The position numbers and the translations under genes were made by a program. From assembly GCA_028534125.1 (NCBI GenBank), contig CM052816.1:101680001-101744000 (forward strand): a stretch of DNA of 64,000 nt, given 5' to 3'. Positions 11,726 through 24,000 of the stretch are shown piece after piece (the stretch's first letter is position 1; each line of letters opens with the position of its first letter). The stretch is from Lama glama (lineage: Eukaryota). The notes under the pieces are model-generated. The model was not told the origin of the DNA. It made no database searches and saw only the letters and a list, made by a program, of their open reading frames with translations.

Positions 11726-14329
11726 GTGAGGTTGGACAGGGGAGGAAATGATCATGGATTCATCAAGTCGTGGCCCTTTCCTCCAGCAGAGCTGTCTGTC
11801 AAGAGGGGCTTCAACAGCTTTGGTGCTGGTCTGGCATCCCAGCCAGGCCATAGCCACTGGGCGTTGTCCAGAATCCTGCTGCTCCTCCTGGCCAGCCTTG
11901 CCCTCGGCCTCTGCCTCTGTCCGGGGAAGCAGGGCTGTCCAGCAGGTGGCTGCTGGGGCTGCCCGCCACCCAGGTCCCCTCCCTTGCTCGTTCCTCCTCT
12001 CCTTTTCAACCCACTGCACAGCAGGCACGTTGCCATCCTGATCACTTTCCTGTATCTTGGGAGTGGACGTGCTCATTTTGTTTATTCTCACAAGGTTTTT
12101 ATACTTAATCAGAATTAAGGGTGGGAGGTCAGAATCCAGTGAGCACACCTAAGAACCTCCCCCACCAGGAGAAGTTCCTGGAGACGGCAGGGCCCTGGAA
12201 GCTGCCACGGGGGCCACCATCCCCTCCTCAGTGGGGCAGCAGGAGGTCTGTGACAATACAGCACCATCCCTGTGGGGAGGGGGCAGACTCCCCCTCCCCA
12301 CAGGAGGAGGAGGCCTGGGTGTTGCTGCTGAGAGTCTCGGCCCCAGCTGACGCTCTGTCCTCCCCCTGTTGGCCTCTCCCACGGAAACAGTTCCAGGAAC
12401 ACAGAAGCCAGGCTTCCCAGGGCAGCACTAGTCTCCAGAACCCCAAGTCTCCCCACCCCTCTCCAATTCAGTCAGAGGAGAGGGATACTCCCAGAGCCCA
12501 CGGCCAGACAGGCAAGAGGCTGCACCTTACCTTCCAGAACGGAACGCCCTCCACACTCCACTTCCAACAGCTTTACGCCCTCACTAACAGGTGCGCCTCC
12601 GTAACAAACAGGAGGAGGAAGGTCTGCTGGTCTCTTCACCCGCGGGGGGGGGGGCAGCAAACACGGACACAGGCAGCCCCCGGGAGAGAACTTCCTGCAG
12701 CAACCTTCATCATCCGTCCCGTGGGCCTGGCCCCCAAGCCTCGGTAACAGGTGACAGCTGGGGTGGAGGTGACAGAGTGAAGCGTCCTCGGCGCACAGCC
12801 ATCCTGGCGCTGCAGGAAGTGGGCCCATGTGGCCTGGAACTCAAAACCTGTGCTGGTCCCACCTCCGAGTCCTTCCGGTCAGGCCCCTGAGGGTCCACGC
12901 CTCCCTCTGCCTGACCCCACATCTTGCCCACGCCCCCGCTGGCCCAGGCACCTTGGAGAGAAAAGATACCTCCCCGGGACAGCCCGAGGCCCGGCATTAC
13001 AACTGCCCAGCAGGCAGTGAGCGCCCTGCTGTTCATGTCCATTTTCTGCCTATTTTTTCCCTACAAACATTGGTGGCTGTGTTCTTATCTCTATACCAGA
13101 TGTTTTACCTAGGAAATGCCCGCAGAACAGAACAGCTGGGTCACCCTTCATTCAGTCCAGCGCGGACGTACGTCTGCATTTTGTTGTGCTCAGGACTTAG
13201 GCCTGGTGGCCAGGCTGGTTTCTTCTCGGAAAGGAGCTGGGTGTGGGCCTCCAGAGAGGCGAGGGACAGGACTTACTGTGTGTGGCAGGGCCCCTGGTCA
13301 GGCCCAGGGGCAGAGGTACATAGGGAGCTTGTGGGCCCGTGGCTGCAAGTTCTTAGTGACCGTCGCTGGATGAGGACTGCCGCCTAGCTTAAGGCGGGGC
13401 CCTGAGCTTCCCCTGCTGGGGAGTGGAGCCGTGGCTCCTCTGGGAAGGGCCCCGGGAGGGCCCCGGCGAGCTGGGTGCCAGGTGCTCACCCGGATTGTTC
13501 ACAGGACAGCAACGTGAGGAGGGCTGTGGATAAGGAATCATAAAGTTAAGCAACCCTGGGAAGGTCGCCGGGGAGGACGCTGGCAGCCTCTGTGCTCGCC
13601 TGGGCGCCTCTCGTGGGACCCCTCCCGGCGCCGGAGACCTCTGCGTGTTTTCTATTTATAGTAGTCTTGCTGCGTTGAGCATAATTTTACAGCTGGCCCG
13701 AAGTTCCTCTGGGAAGCAGATGGGGTGTGCACCCTAGACAAGTAGCCGGGTGGTTTGGTGAAAGGTGATGGTGTGTTTATTTCCCTCATCATAAACAGGC
13801 TATGGCCCCACCAGGAAAACCCGACCAGCAGTGAATGCGGCTGCGGGAGCGCCCCTCGCGGCCCTCGCGGTCTTAAGGCTTTCTTAGAAGGAAGTGTTGG
13901 GTGACTGGCATTTGAGACGCCAAACTGGGGAGGAGACACTGGCAGCAACAGAACTGGGGCTGCCCGCTCTCAGGTTGCCTGATTCCTGGCGTCTCCCGTG
14001 GGTGCGTGACAGATGCCGGAGTTCAGTCTGTGAGGTGGATCCTGGGCAGAGACTGCCTGAAGGATCCACCAAGAAAGACGCCTAGAAGGGCGGCTCTTGC
14101 TTCTCTCTGATGCTCCTTGCCGCCAGCCACCACAGAGGTCCCCCTGCACCCCGACAGGTCCCTGCCTCCGAGGTGTGGCCCACGTGTCCCTGCAGAGCCC
14201 AGTGCAAGCATCCCTCCCCTGCCGCAGGGCAGACCCTCCTCCGTCTGCTCGCGCCCGGGTCCCCGGCCCCACTTCTCACCAGGTCTGGGCCTTGCTCCAG
14301 AGCAGAACAGTCACCGACTCTGCTGAGGC

Positions 14330-15340
14330 AACAGGTTGGAGCCCCTCAGACCAGCATCACTTCGGTCCATTTTGACAAGCGTCTACACTCAAGAAACCAC
14401 CACCACAAACAAGACAAGGAGCATCTCCCTCACCCCAAAGACTCCCGGGCCCCCTGCGATCGCTCCCTCCGCCCCTCCCAGTCCACATCCCCCGAGTCTC
14501 CGGACAAGTTCTGACCGGCTCTCTGCCACCAAGATTGACTAGGAGGCATTTTCTACAACTTTTAAAAACGTCATAAAACAGCACTTACTTTTCTTGCCTT
14601 TGGTCTGACTTATTTCACTCAGAATAGTCATCTTGAGACTCGTGGACATTTCTGCATGTGTCAAGGGCTCACCCCTCTCACCGCCGGCAGTGCGTGCGCC
14701 GTCTGGATGCCCCCACTGCACCTGCCCAGCTGCATGAGCCGTCCGCGTTGCTTCTGTCTGGACGTTGACCTCGTCTCTCCGGCTGCCTTCGTTTGGGCTT
14801 GGCCTGCTTCGTTTTCTCCAGGCATTTTTAGTGCAGTCATGGCTTAATTGCAGGTGGTTTCCTGTGGGAATTGTGTATTTGTGTCTTGGCGTGTCTAATC
14901 GGGGCATTTGGACCACTTGCATTCGGCACGATGGCTCAGCAATGACAAACCCACCACCTCCCCGTTCGCTTCCTACTCGCCCCATCTGTTCTCCTTTCCT
15001 CTCCTCCCTTTTCCTTCCAGATGGCATTTGCTAAATCATTCTGCAGGAAATAATAATAGTCTTCTTTGTGGGTCCTTGGCTGGGAGTCGCTGTGTTCTCC
15101 TGGTGGCTTTGGGGCTTGCGATCAGCACCTCTGTTTACCACCCTCTGCCTCCCGCTGCTACGACACCACGACGGCCGGCACCGGCGTGTGGCCCCTCGCC
15201 GCCCGCACACGCACTTGCCCTACACGCCTCACAAGTCCCAGATGCATCGTGGCTTGTTTCCCGCAGCCCAGAAATCCCTTTTCTCTGTTGCCGGATGTCC
15301 AATGTCTTGAAAACCTTCGTTTCATACATTATTTCTGTGT
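14330..15340 (-). mobile_element. Old L1ME/L1MD-type fragments, antisense
   Basis: TTTTGACAAGCGTCTACAC...ACCACCACAAACAAGACAAGGAGCATCTCCCTCACCCCAAA...GGTCTGACTTATTTCACTCAGAATA, followed by degenerate ORF2-like antisense sequence. Confidence 0.65.
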
Positions 15341-18300
15341 TGTTTGTGTTCTGGTGCCCGTTGCTCCATCTTCGCTGGAAGGGGAGGCCACAGCCACTTT
15401 CAACAATAACTTTTCTACTTGTTTGTAAGCCCCGTGTGTTCGCTGTAAAAAGATTGGCAGCTGTGGAAAAGTAAAAGTGAACGAAGTCAAACCGCCCAAG
15501 CCCTACTGCCTAGAGCACCGTGCGGACCTCGCTGCGTTTCCGTGCAGTCAGCGTCCGGGTGTGACGCTCCTGGCCTCTGTAGTCACCGTCACATGGCACC
15601 TGCGAGGGGCTCGATGTCCTTCTCTCCTAACACCACATAGGGAACTGTTTCCCACGCCACTAAAATTCTCTGAAATTGTGAAGGCAGCGTAACACCCACC
15701 ATGTGGACAAACGGTCATGTGTTTCATCGACCCAGCTTAGGCCGCCCGTGAGACCTGTGGCACGGACCTGAGTGTGTGTCCGTGTGCACGCTGGCCCTTC
15801 AGGCCCACCCCTGCCTGCCCCCCGGGAAAGGCTGCCCACGCTGTGCCCCCACCCAGCACGGATCAAAAGCTCCCTCCCCTTTCTGGTGAGGAGGTATCTC
15901 CATACAGTGTGCCCGGTCCAAACAGCAGGCTTATGCCTATGGCAGGAGTAAACTTGGCACAGAAGGGATATTTATTCACTGACATGAGTGGGAAATGATT
16001 CACTGTGCACTTTCTGTGAAAGGACCCTAGAGCGGTGTGGCATCTGTGGAAATGGCGAGGCCATGAGGTCTGCTGCCCGGCGAGACCCAGCCTGTTCGGG
16101 CAAAAGCTGGGCTCATCTGCTGGCCTTGGCCGACCCGGCGTGGTATTTGGGGAGGGTGTTCCCTGGGCTCAGGTCTCCCGAGGGGCAGGACGCCAGCCCC
16201 AGCACGATGGCTGAGGGGCCAGCACTTGGCTCCAGTGCAGATCTGGGCAGGGCTGGGGCCTTCTCCATCTGGCCTGAGCCTCATGGGAGCAGAGCAAAGA
16301 GCCCTTTGGCACGAGCATTGCAGGAGCCTTGTCCTGACCGGATCTCTCTGTCTGCTGACCCTGGCCAGCCACCTGCGGATGGGGACTGCCCCCAACATGT
16401 GCAGCCTCCCTGACAAGCTGCACCCATGGGGCCCCTCCCAGAAGGCCAGCCTGCCCCTGTGGCCTGGGGACGGGGCCAGCCTGGGGAAGCGGCTCCCCAA
16501 CCCACTGCCCCCACAACGGCCTAGCCAGCCCTTCTCCCAGCGGCCTGCCTGATGGCACCTGCTTCTGAATCCAGACCCCTGTGGGCCAGACTCAGATTCG
16601 CCCCCTTTGCTGGTGCCAGATGTGAACAGCCTTGACCCTGGGCCCCTGACTGCACCCCTGGGCCGTGTGATGGCTTGACTGGGAGCCCCCTGCACCCAGT
16701 CAAGGTGCTACAGCTGAGCTGGGGATGCCAAGGCCGAGCAGGGTGCTGAGAACAGTTCTTCTAGGTGGCTGGGCCCCCATTTCAGTGCCTCTGATGTCTG
16801 GTCCGCTCGAAGGCAAAGCGCCCCCTCCCCAGCTCGGCGGGTCCTGGGGGCTGGGCCAGGGTGGCCATGGAACAGTGCTCGCTCAGCCAGGCTCAGGGCG
16901 GCAGGCGGGAGACCCCCGGTCCGGCGGGCCCCTCCTGCTCCTCAGAGCCTCTGGAGCACCTGCTTTGCTCCTGGGGCCCACGCCAGGCCCTCCGTCCTGC
17001 CTGGGGGACTCTCCAGGACGGGTCCATAAGTTTAACGAGAGTGGGCAGGAGGCAGCGGCGGGTGGGAACCCAGTTCCTGAGCATCAGGGCCTCGCGCTGG
17101 GCTATGGGGACCGCTCCCCTGCCTCTGAAGCAGGGGGTCAGATGGGCAGGCCTACCTGTGCAGGCGTAACGAGGTGTCACAAAGTCCACACCTTTAACTC
17201 CAGGGACTTTGTTGGCAAGAGGGGCCACCTCCTGGGCCCACTCACCCATCGTCTCAAAGCCCTGAGTATGTGCTGTCCCAGCCCAGAGCAAGTCCTCACC
17301 GAGGTACAGGGCAGACCCCACAGGCCAGCCCCTGCCTCAAGGTCCCGCAGCAGCTTACCATGGAAAAGCCCAGTGTGGACTCCCCAAGGTCGAGGGCTGG
17401 GTCACAAAATGGCAGGCATGACCACGGGGCTGGCTTTCCCGGATAAGCGCCTGGCAGCTGCTCTGGCCTTCGCAGGACAGACAAAGTCACTTTCCTTCAC
17501 CACCTTCCCAGAACCCTCCCAGCGCTGCCAAAGGCGCACAGGCTGAGCCTGCAGGAATGAGAGGAACTGACCCTGTGCCCCTCGGTGTCCAGGGCTGATT
17601 CTGTGGACTCTTCTGTGCTGGGGGTGGGGGCTTGAAGCCTTGAGAGGGGTGGGGAGGCAGCAGCCCCTAGGCTCCCCTGTCCCTGTGCCCTCGACGAGGT
17701 GAGGGGGTTGGACGGGCCCAGAGGGCAGGAAGGAGGCACCCTTGGGTGGCCGTGGGCTGCCTCGCGCCTTCCTGAGGAACAGCGCCGGCTCTGCTCAGAG
17801 GCACCTCAGCAGCTCCTCAGCAGCTAAGACGGGGAGGCACCTCCCGGGGAGAGGACCGGCACATGGCCGAGCCGGGCTCTGCGTCCCCGGAGACCCCAGT
17901 GTCTGATCAGAGCAGCCGCAGGCCCCACTGCCCTCTCCACTCTGCTCAGACAATTGTGAAGCGTAAAAATCACACAGGGTGAGGAGTCCCAGGCGCCGGC
18001 CTCTCCCGCTGCGGCTCTCGGCCAGCGCCTCGGGCCTGTGCTTGGCCAGAGGTGTGTTTGCTTCCGGCACTGACCCTTCGCCTTCTCAGGAGTGAGGTTG
18101 GCTAAAGGTGACTTGATCATAAAACGATTTCCGGCCCTCGGTATCCAGGCAGGAGCCCTGCCTGGCCATCAGAAGCCTCCCAGTGGGACAGTCCTGTTCT
18201 TTGACACATTCCTGCCCAGCAGCTCTCTCTGTTCAAATGGCAGGACGTCCAGTCCCATTAATTGCTCCTGACAGTTAATCATTTCTCCTTTGCTGATTAG

Positions 18301-19449
18301 GGTGTCATAAAACCACACAAGGCTAACAGCTGGGCGTGCACAGGGCGGACACTCTGGGGCTCCTCCGAGCAGGCATGTGACGTGTGTCCAGGCCGGTGGT
18401 GTTCTCGGGGGCAGTCATCACCAGCCGCTACCCCAGACCCTCCGACCCACACTCCCTGCCTGCCCCAGAAGCCTAGGAAGCCCAACCAGTGTGGCCCCGC
18501 TGAGGTCCTTGGTCCACCGAGCCCCTGGCCACACTCACTCTGCTGTCCGATGGTGACAAGGCCCTGTGACTGTCCCCAGAGAAGGCGTGAGGCCCGGGGA
18601 GCAAAGCCCCCCAGGACCCAGAGCTGCTGGATGTCCTGTTGAGGGGGCCCTGCGCCGCCTCTCCGTCCCTGCCCCCCGGCTGCCTTCCAGCGCCCCATCG
18701 TGACTGTGTTTGCAGAAGGCGCAAAGGCATTGCCCACCTGGGCCATCTGAGCGACCGGCAGAGGGTCTTCCTAATAAAGAAAACTGGAAGCATCCTCATC
18801 CCTGGATGATCTTGCGAACCAAGCAGAGCTGGCTTCCGATACCGTGTCCACAGCGTCCACGCAGCTGGCGCAGCCCAGGACTCCCGCGGGACTGCGGCAG
18901 TGGGCAGGCGCCGTGCCCCCCAGCATCCACTCCTCACCATCCCTGCCTCGTGCCTCGTGTGCTGGTGCGTCCCTCCACAGGCAAGGCCCCTCGTGGGCAC
19001 CAGGGGACCAGCGTTGACTCGGGTCCGAGTGCGGGGAGACAAATGCTACAGGACGTAGGTGGTGCAGGGAGGGGCTGTCTTCAAGGCTGCGGTGGGAGCC
19101 GCTCAGCGACAGTGAGGACAGGCTTTGGAGGGAGGGCGGCTCCCACAGAGGCTGGAAGAGGGGGGAGAGGTCAAGCAGAGGTGGGTGCAGGGCCAGGTCT
19201 CAGGGGGCTTCCATTTCCCCAGGGGCAGCAGGGGGCTGATGACCCGCCCGCCTTCTGAAGGGCTGGCTTGGCCTCCCGCAGGCCAAGGGCCTGGACTGGA
19301 CCGGGAAGGGGTCACCAGCCAAGGCCACGACCCTCCAGTGGCATGCTCTCAGGCCACCTGAACCATCGTCAAGTACTGCTCATCCTTGTGGACTGAATAA
19401 ATTCCATTGTCCCACCCAACACACTTTTTGCTTTCTCTTCCTATTTTTG

Positions 19450-21090
19450 CAAGATTTTATTTTTCTAGAGCAGTTGTAGGTTCGGAGAAAAATTGAAAGG
19501 AAGGTGCAGAGGTACCCACGTCCTGCGACCCCACCTGCCCGGCCCCCCAGCCATCAGCCTCCCCACCAGAAGGGACTTGGTTACAATGGAGGAGCCTGCA
19601 CGGACTCGCCATCACCACCCAGAGCCCAGTTCACATCAGGTTCACTCGGTGTTGTACATTCTGTGGGTCTGGACCAAAGTGCAGTAACGTGTATCCACCA
19701 TTGTAGTGTCGCTCAGGGTAGTGTCACTGCCCACAAAGTCCCCTGTGCTCCCCCTGCTTGCCCCCCTCCCACCCAGCCTTTAGCAACCACTGCTGTTTAC
19801 CTCTCGGCAGTCTCCCTTTTCCAGAAGGTCGAGGGGGTGGAATCACACAGGATGCAGCCTTTTCAGATGGGCTGCCTTCACTTAGCATCATGCGTTTAAG
19901 GTTCCTCCACGTCTTCTTGGGGCTTGGAAGCGCATTTCTTTTAAGAGCCAAATAATATTCCATCCCCTGGACGGACCACGTTTATGCGCTCACCTGCTGA
20001 GGAGCACCCCGGGAGCTTCCAGGTTTTGGCAGTTGTGAAATGAAGCTGCCGTGGATGCCTGTGAGCAGGTCTCTGTGTGGACCTGCTTTCTGCTCCTCTG
20101 GGTGAGTCCCAAGTGCCGTGATGTGACGGCTGGATCGGATGCAAAGAGGACGTTTAGCTTTGTGGGACACCACCAGACTGTCTTCCAAGGCAGCTGTGCC
20201 AGTGCACCCCCTGCGGCCACAAGCGGGGCTCCGACTGCTCGTCACGCCAGTTGCAGCCGCGCGGACGGTGCGCACTGGCATCACACGATTGTTCCCGTTT
20301 CCCTGAGGACATGTGAAGTGGAGCGTGTTTCCATGCTTGTTGGAGTCTGTTTGTCTTCTTTAGTGAGAGGCCTGTTACGATCTTAGGTCCGTTGTTTAAA
20401 CTGGGTTGCTACCTAAATGCTGAGTTTTAAGAGCTCTTTGTGTATTCTGGATGCCTGTCCTTCTCCAGATGTGTCTTCTGCGAATGTTCTCCCAGTCTGC
20501 GGCTTGTTTTCTCATTTCTTGGAACCGTATTTTGCACAGTAGATGTTTTTAATTTTAATGAAGTCTGGCCAATTAACTCTTATCACGACAGGGATCCTGT
20601 CTGCGTGTCGTGCCTGAAAACTCACCACCAGACCCAGGGCCACCACGGCTTTCTCCCATCGTGTCTTCTGGGAGGTTCATAGTTTCGCGTTTCACACTGA
20701 GGCCCGTGATCCGCTCTGAGTTGCCTGGGGGGGCGGGGGTGAGGTCTGGGTCTCCGTTCGTCTCCGGCACGTGGACGTGAGCTCCTCCAGCACCGCACGC
20801 TGGGAGGACCGTCCCTGCCCCGCAGCGTCGCCTTCGCTCCTCTGCCGGAGGTCAGTGGTCCACACTTAGAGGGCTGCTTCTGGGCTCTCTGTTCCGTCCC
20901 GCTGTGCCCGTCTGTTCTCTCACCGGCACCGCCCTGGCCCCACTGCTGTGGCTCCAGTCAGTCCTGAGGCCGGGCAGTGTCAGTTCTCCAGGTCTGTTCC
21001 TCTCCCTCAGTGTTGTGTCCAATGGCCTGGGTCTTTTGTCTCCTCCCCATGTGAAATTTAGAATCGGTTTGTCCCAGTCCTTATGTAGCT
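19450..21090 (-). mobile_element. L1MC/L1MD-type element (3' UTR and end of ORF2), antisense; copy A
   Basis: TTTTATTTTTCTAGAGCAGTTGTAGGTTC...GGTTACAATGGAGGAGCC...TTTTCAGATGGGCTGCCTTCACTTAGCA...GATGTTTTTAATTTTAATGAAGTC. Confidence 0.9.
20609..21069 (+). repeat. 461-bp direct repeat, copy 1 (partner 50838-51298)
   Basis: Manual alignment: no indels, 7 substitutions. Confidence 0.95.
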
Positions 21091-24000
21091 TGTACCTGGT
21101 TGCCGTAACGCCCAGCCAACATGCTTGGCCACCACCTCCCCAGCCACAGCACACGACCACTCTCCTTCAGAGTGTGGGCTGGAAAAACCGAACCATCTGA
21201 GCATTTCCTTGAGCAAGTCAGTGATTGGCAGGGATTTCCTGGGGAATGAATACAAATTTTGCTTTGAAGCCAAATCTGACTGTCAGACTGTCCCCTGCCC
21301 CAGGCCCCTTTGCTGAGTAAGGTCGCTGGGTGAGTGGCTGCTGCAGAAGTCGCTGGGGCCAGAGCTCGGGGCCGCCGGGCAGGGTCATGATCCGAGGGGG
21401 TCTCTTTCGGGAACGAGAGCCCTCACCATGCAGCACTGCTGGCCATGCTTTTGGGTGCAGCTGCTGCCTCCTCCTGCTCTGGGTCCTGGAGCTTCAGGGA
21501 GGGACTAAATGTGGCTTCAAGGGCCTGGGGGACGCTCCAGCCTTAGGGCTGTGCATCCACCAAGGTGTCTCGCTTCCTTGTTGAAATGCAGATTACTCTC
21601 CGCAGAGAAGAAGACCTGGGTGAATCTGGTGCTGCTTGAACTCCAGCAGGATCCTGGAGGGGTCCTGGGGGACGGGGGGAAGGGGCACCTTAGAGCCCAG
21701 ACCGTGCTTGGTGAAACTCAAGCTGGGCTTTTCAAGAGAGGTGTCTGTGGTCACGGTGGGAAAGCCACAGGTTTAAGGTATCGGCCTTGCCTGCCCACAG
21801 CCAGATGGCACCTGCCTTGGAAACCTGGCCTGTGCAACCGGCCTGGCTGCAGAGGTGGGCAGACTGGGGGCTCCTGGGTGTCACTTGTACTAACAACCAT
21901 CTCCTCTTAGAACCATGGGGCAGAGCTCAGCCAGTGGCCTGTCCTGCAGCCCAGAAGTGGGGAGCCGGGCTGGCCCTGGTCCTCTTCTGGGACCTGGGAC
22001 CCAGGCCCTTGTGGGGGGCCTGGCACCCTGCTCTTCCACCTGAGCCCCAAATAAGGCATGGCTGCAACTCCACCAACGCACCATGATTCCTACAACTCAC
22101 CCCAAGTTCAATCAGCCTGAAGCTGAGCTGGGGGCCTCAAGTGAGGACCCACCAAGGCACCAGGCCCCCTGCCCCGCCCCCGAGGCCCTCCCAGGCCCCA
22201 CCTTCTCTTGTAACTCCACTAGAGAGGGACAGTGGTGGGGCCGTGGGAGCGGGGAGCTGAGAGCAGCTAGACAGACGGACAGAAGGACAGAGGGCCCAGA
22301 GGCAGTGAGTCCCACTGGATCTGGCCGTGCGCCTGGCGCAGGAGCGGTTTGAAGGCCCCTGTGCACCACCCTCCACCCAGGGCGGCCCAGGGGTCTCACT
22401 GACCAGCTGATTCTCAGGCAAGGATGCCCCAGCTTGAGCCTCCTCCAACCTCACCCCGACCCCTGCACCCCCTACACCCACCTTCAGCGGGCCCTTCCTT
22501 TACGGCCCCCAGCTGGAGCCAGTCTCCTCATCTGACCCCACCGCACACAGGCCCCTGGGGACACAGGAGGCCATCCAGGTTCTGGTCACCACTGGGCGCC
22601 CTCGCCCTCACATCTGGCCCAGGGTCTGGGGGCCACAAGACAGTCCTGAGCGGGAACTTGTGCACATTGTCTGCCGCCCAGCAGGTGCGCTCCCCGAGCT
22701 CGGGTGCTTGGCCGGGCACAGGTCAGGCAGCCCTGCGGGGACTGGGCCCTCTAGGCAAACTCCTCCCAAAAGAAGCTCCAAGCGCGGGGCCTGTTGCTGG
22801 AGGTGAGGCCCACACGCGCCGTGCCCCGTGTGCACGGACACTGTTGTTGTCACTGTGGATGAAACGCCATCTGAATTGGCTCCAAGCAGGTGGTGGGAAG
22901 GGGGGAAGGGGACCCTGGAGGAGCCCATTCAGGGGCAGGGGCAGCAGCACAAGGAGAAAAGGGAAGGTGCAGCGGTCAAGCTGGTCTCTGGAGACTCCCG
23001 CATGAGGGAAGAGCAGGCTGCTAGGGCTGGAGGGGAGGGGACCACGCAGGGGGGTGCCTCGGGGACACGGGGACATGACCCGGAGCCCAGGCCTGGGCTG
23101 GGCTGCTTCTCCCGCTGCACTCAGGGGAGACGAGCCTTTGGGGTGAGCCCGCAGACAGGCTCAGAGAGGGCACGCCCTGCTCCACCACCCCTGCTGCGCT
23201 CAGAGGGGGGCCAGGGGTGTCCAGGGCCGCTCCCCACGTGGGGGAGCAGAGGGCCGGGCCGGGCCAGCCAGACGGGGGTTGCTGTGGACACGCAGCTGCC
23301 CTGGCCGACCCAGCCCTGCGGCCTGAGGCTGGAGTGCCAGGCGGCCACCTCTGCTTGGAGCTGCTGTCCTGTTACGGACGGTGGTCCAAGGCACCCTCTG
23401 CCATAAACATTAGTTAGCGCGAGTTAATATGTAATTCTGCACCTCCATGGGTATCTCGCCAGCACCAGCGCTATTGTTTGATAAGGATTTAATGAGAAGG
23501 AAGGAAAACACTTGATAAGAACCTTCTCTCATTGTGAGCAGCCCCAAGGTCGGGAGGGGGCCTGAGGAGAGGGCGCAGACCACAGGGAATCCCCGGCACC
23601 GTCCAGGACCCCTGGTGCTTGACAGGTGTTTGCACCGCTCTTGGGAGGCTCTGGGGTGATGCCTCCGTGCCCGTCCCCACTGAGAGTTCCAGGTTTTCCA
23701 TTCTCACTGCCACAGGCTGCAGTGCTAACCAGGGGCTGGTTGCTCAGGTCACCTAGGCCACCCAGGGGAGTCCAGGCATTCCCGTGTCCGTGTGCTCTCC
23801 CTCCTTGACTCATGGACAGCAGCCCTGTACGCAAGGTCAGGGAGCCAGTGGCTGAAAAGTCACCATCCGGGGTTGGGCAGTTCCTTTCCTGCTGGCTCAG
23901 GTGGCGGGCAGGGCAGAGCACACGCGTTTCGGGGGTTAAGGCAGGAATATGGTGCATCATAAACTGGGCTCCCCTCCCGGCCCGGCCCGGCCCGAGTCCG

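Noticed and set aside
11087-12148. 343-aa and 339-aa ORFs on both strands
   Set aside because: Products of a stop-poor GT-rich minisatellite and an N gap.
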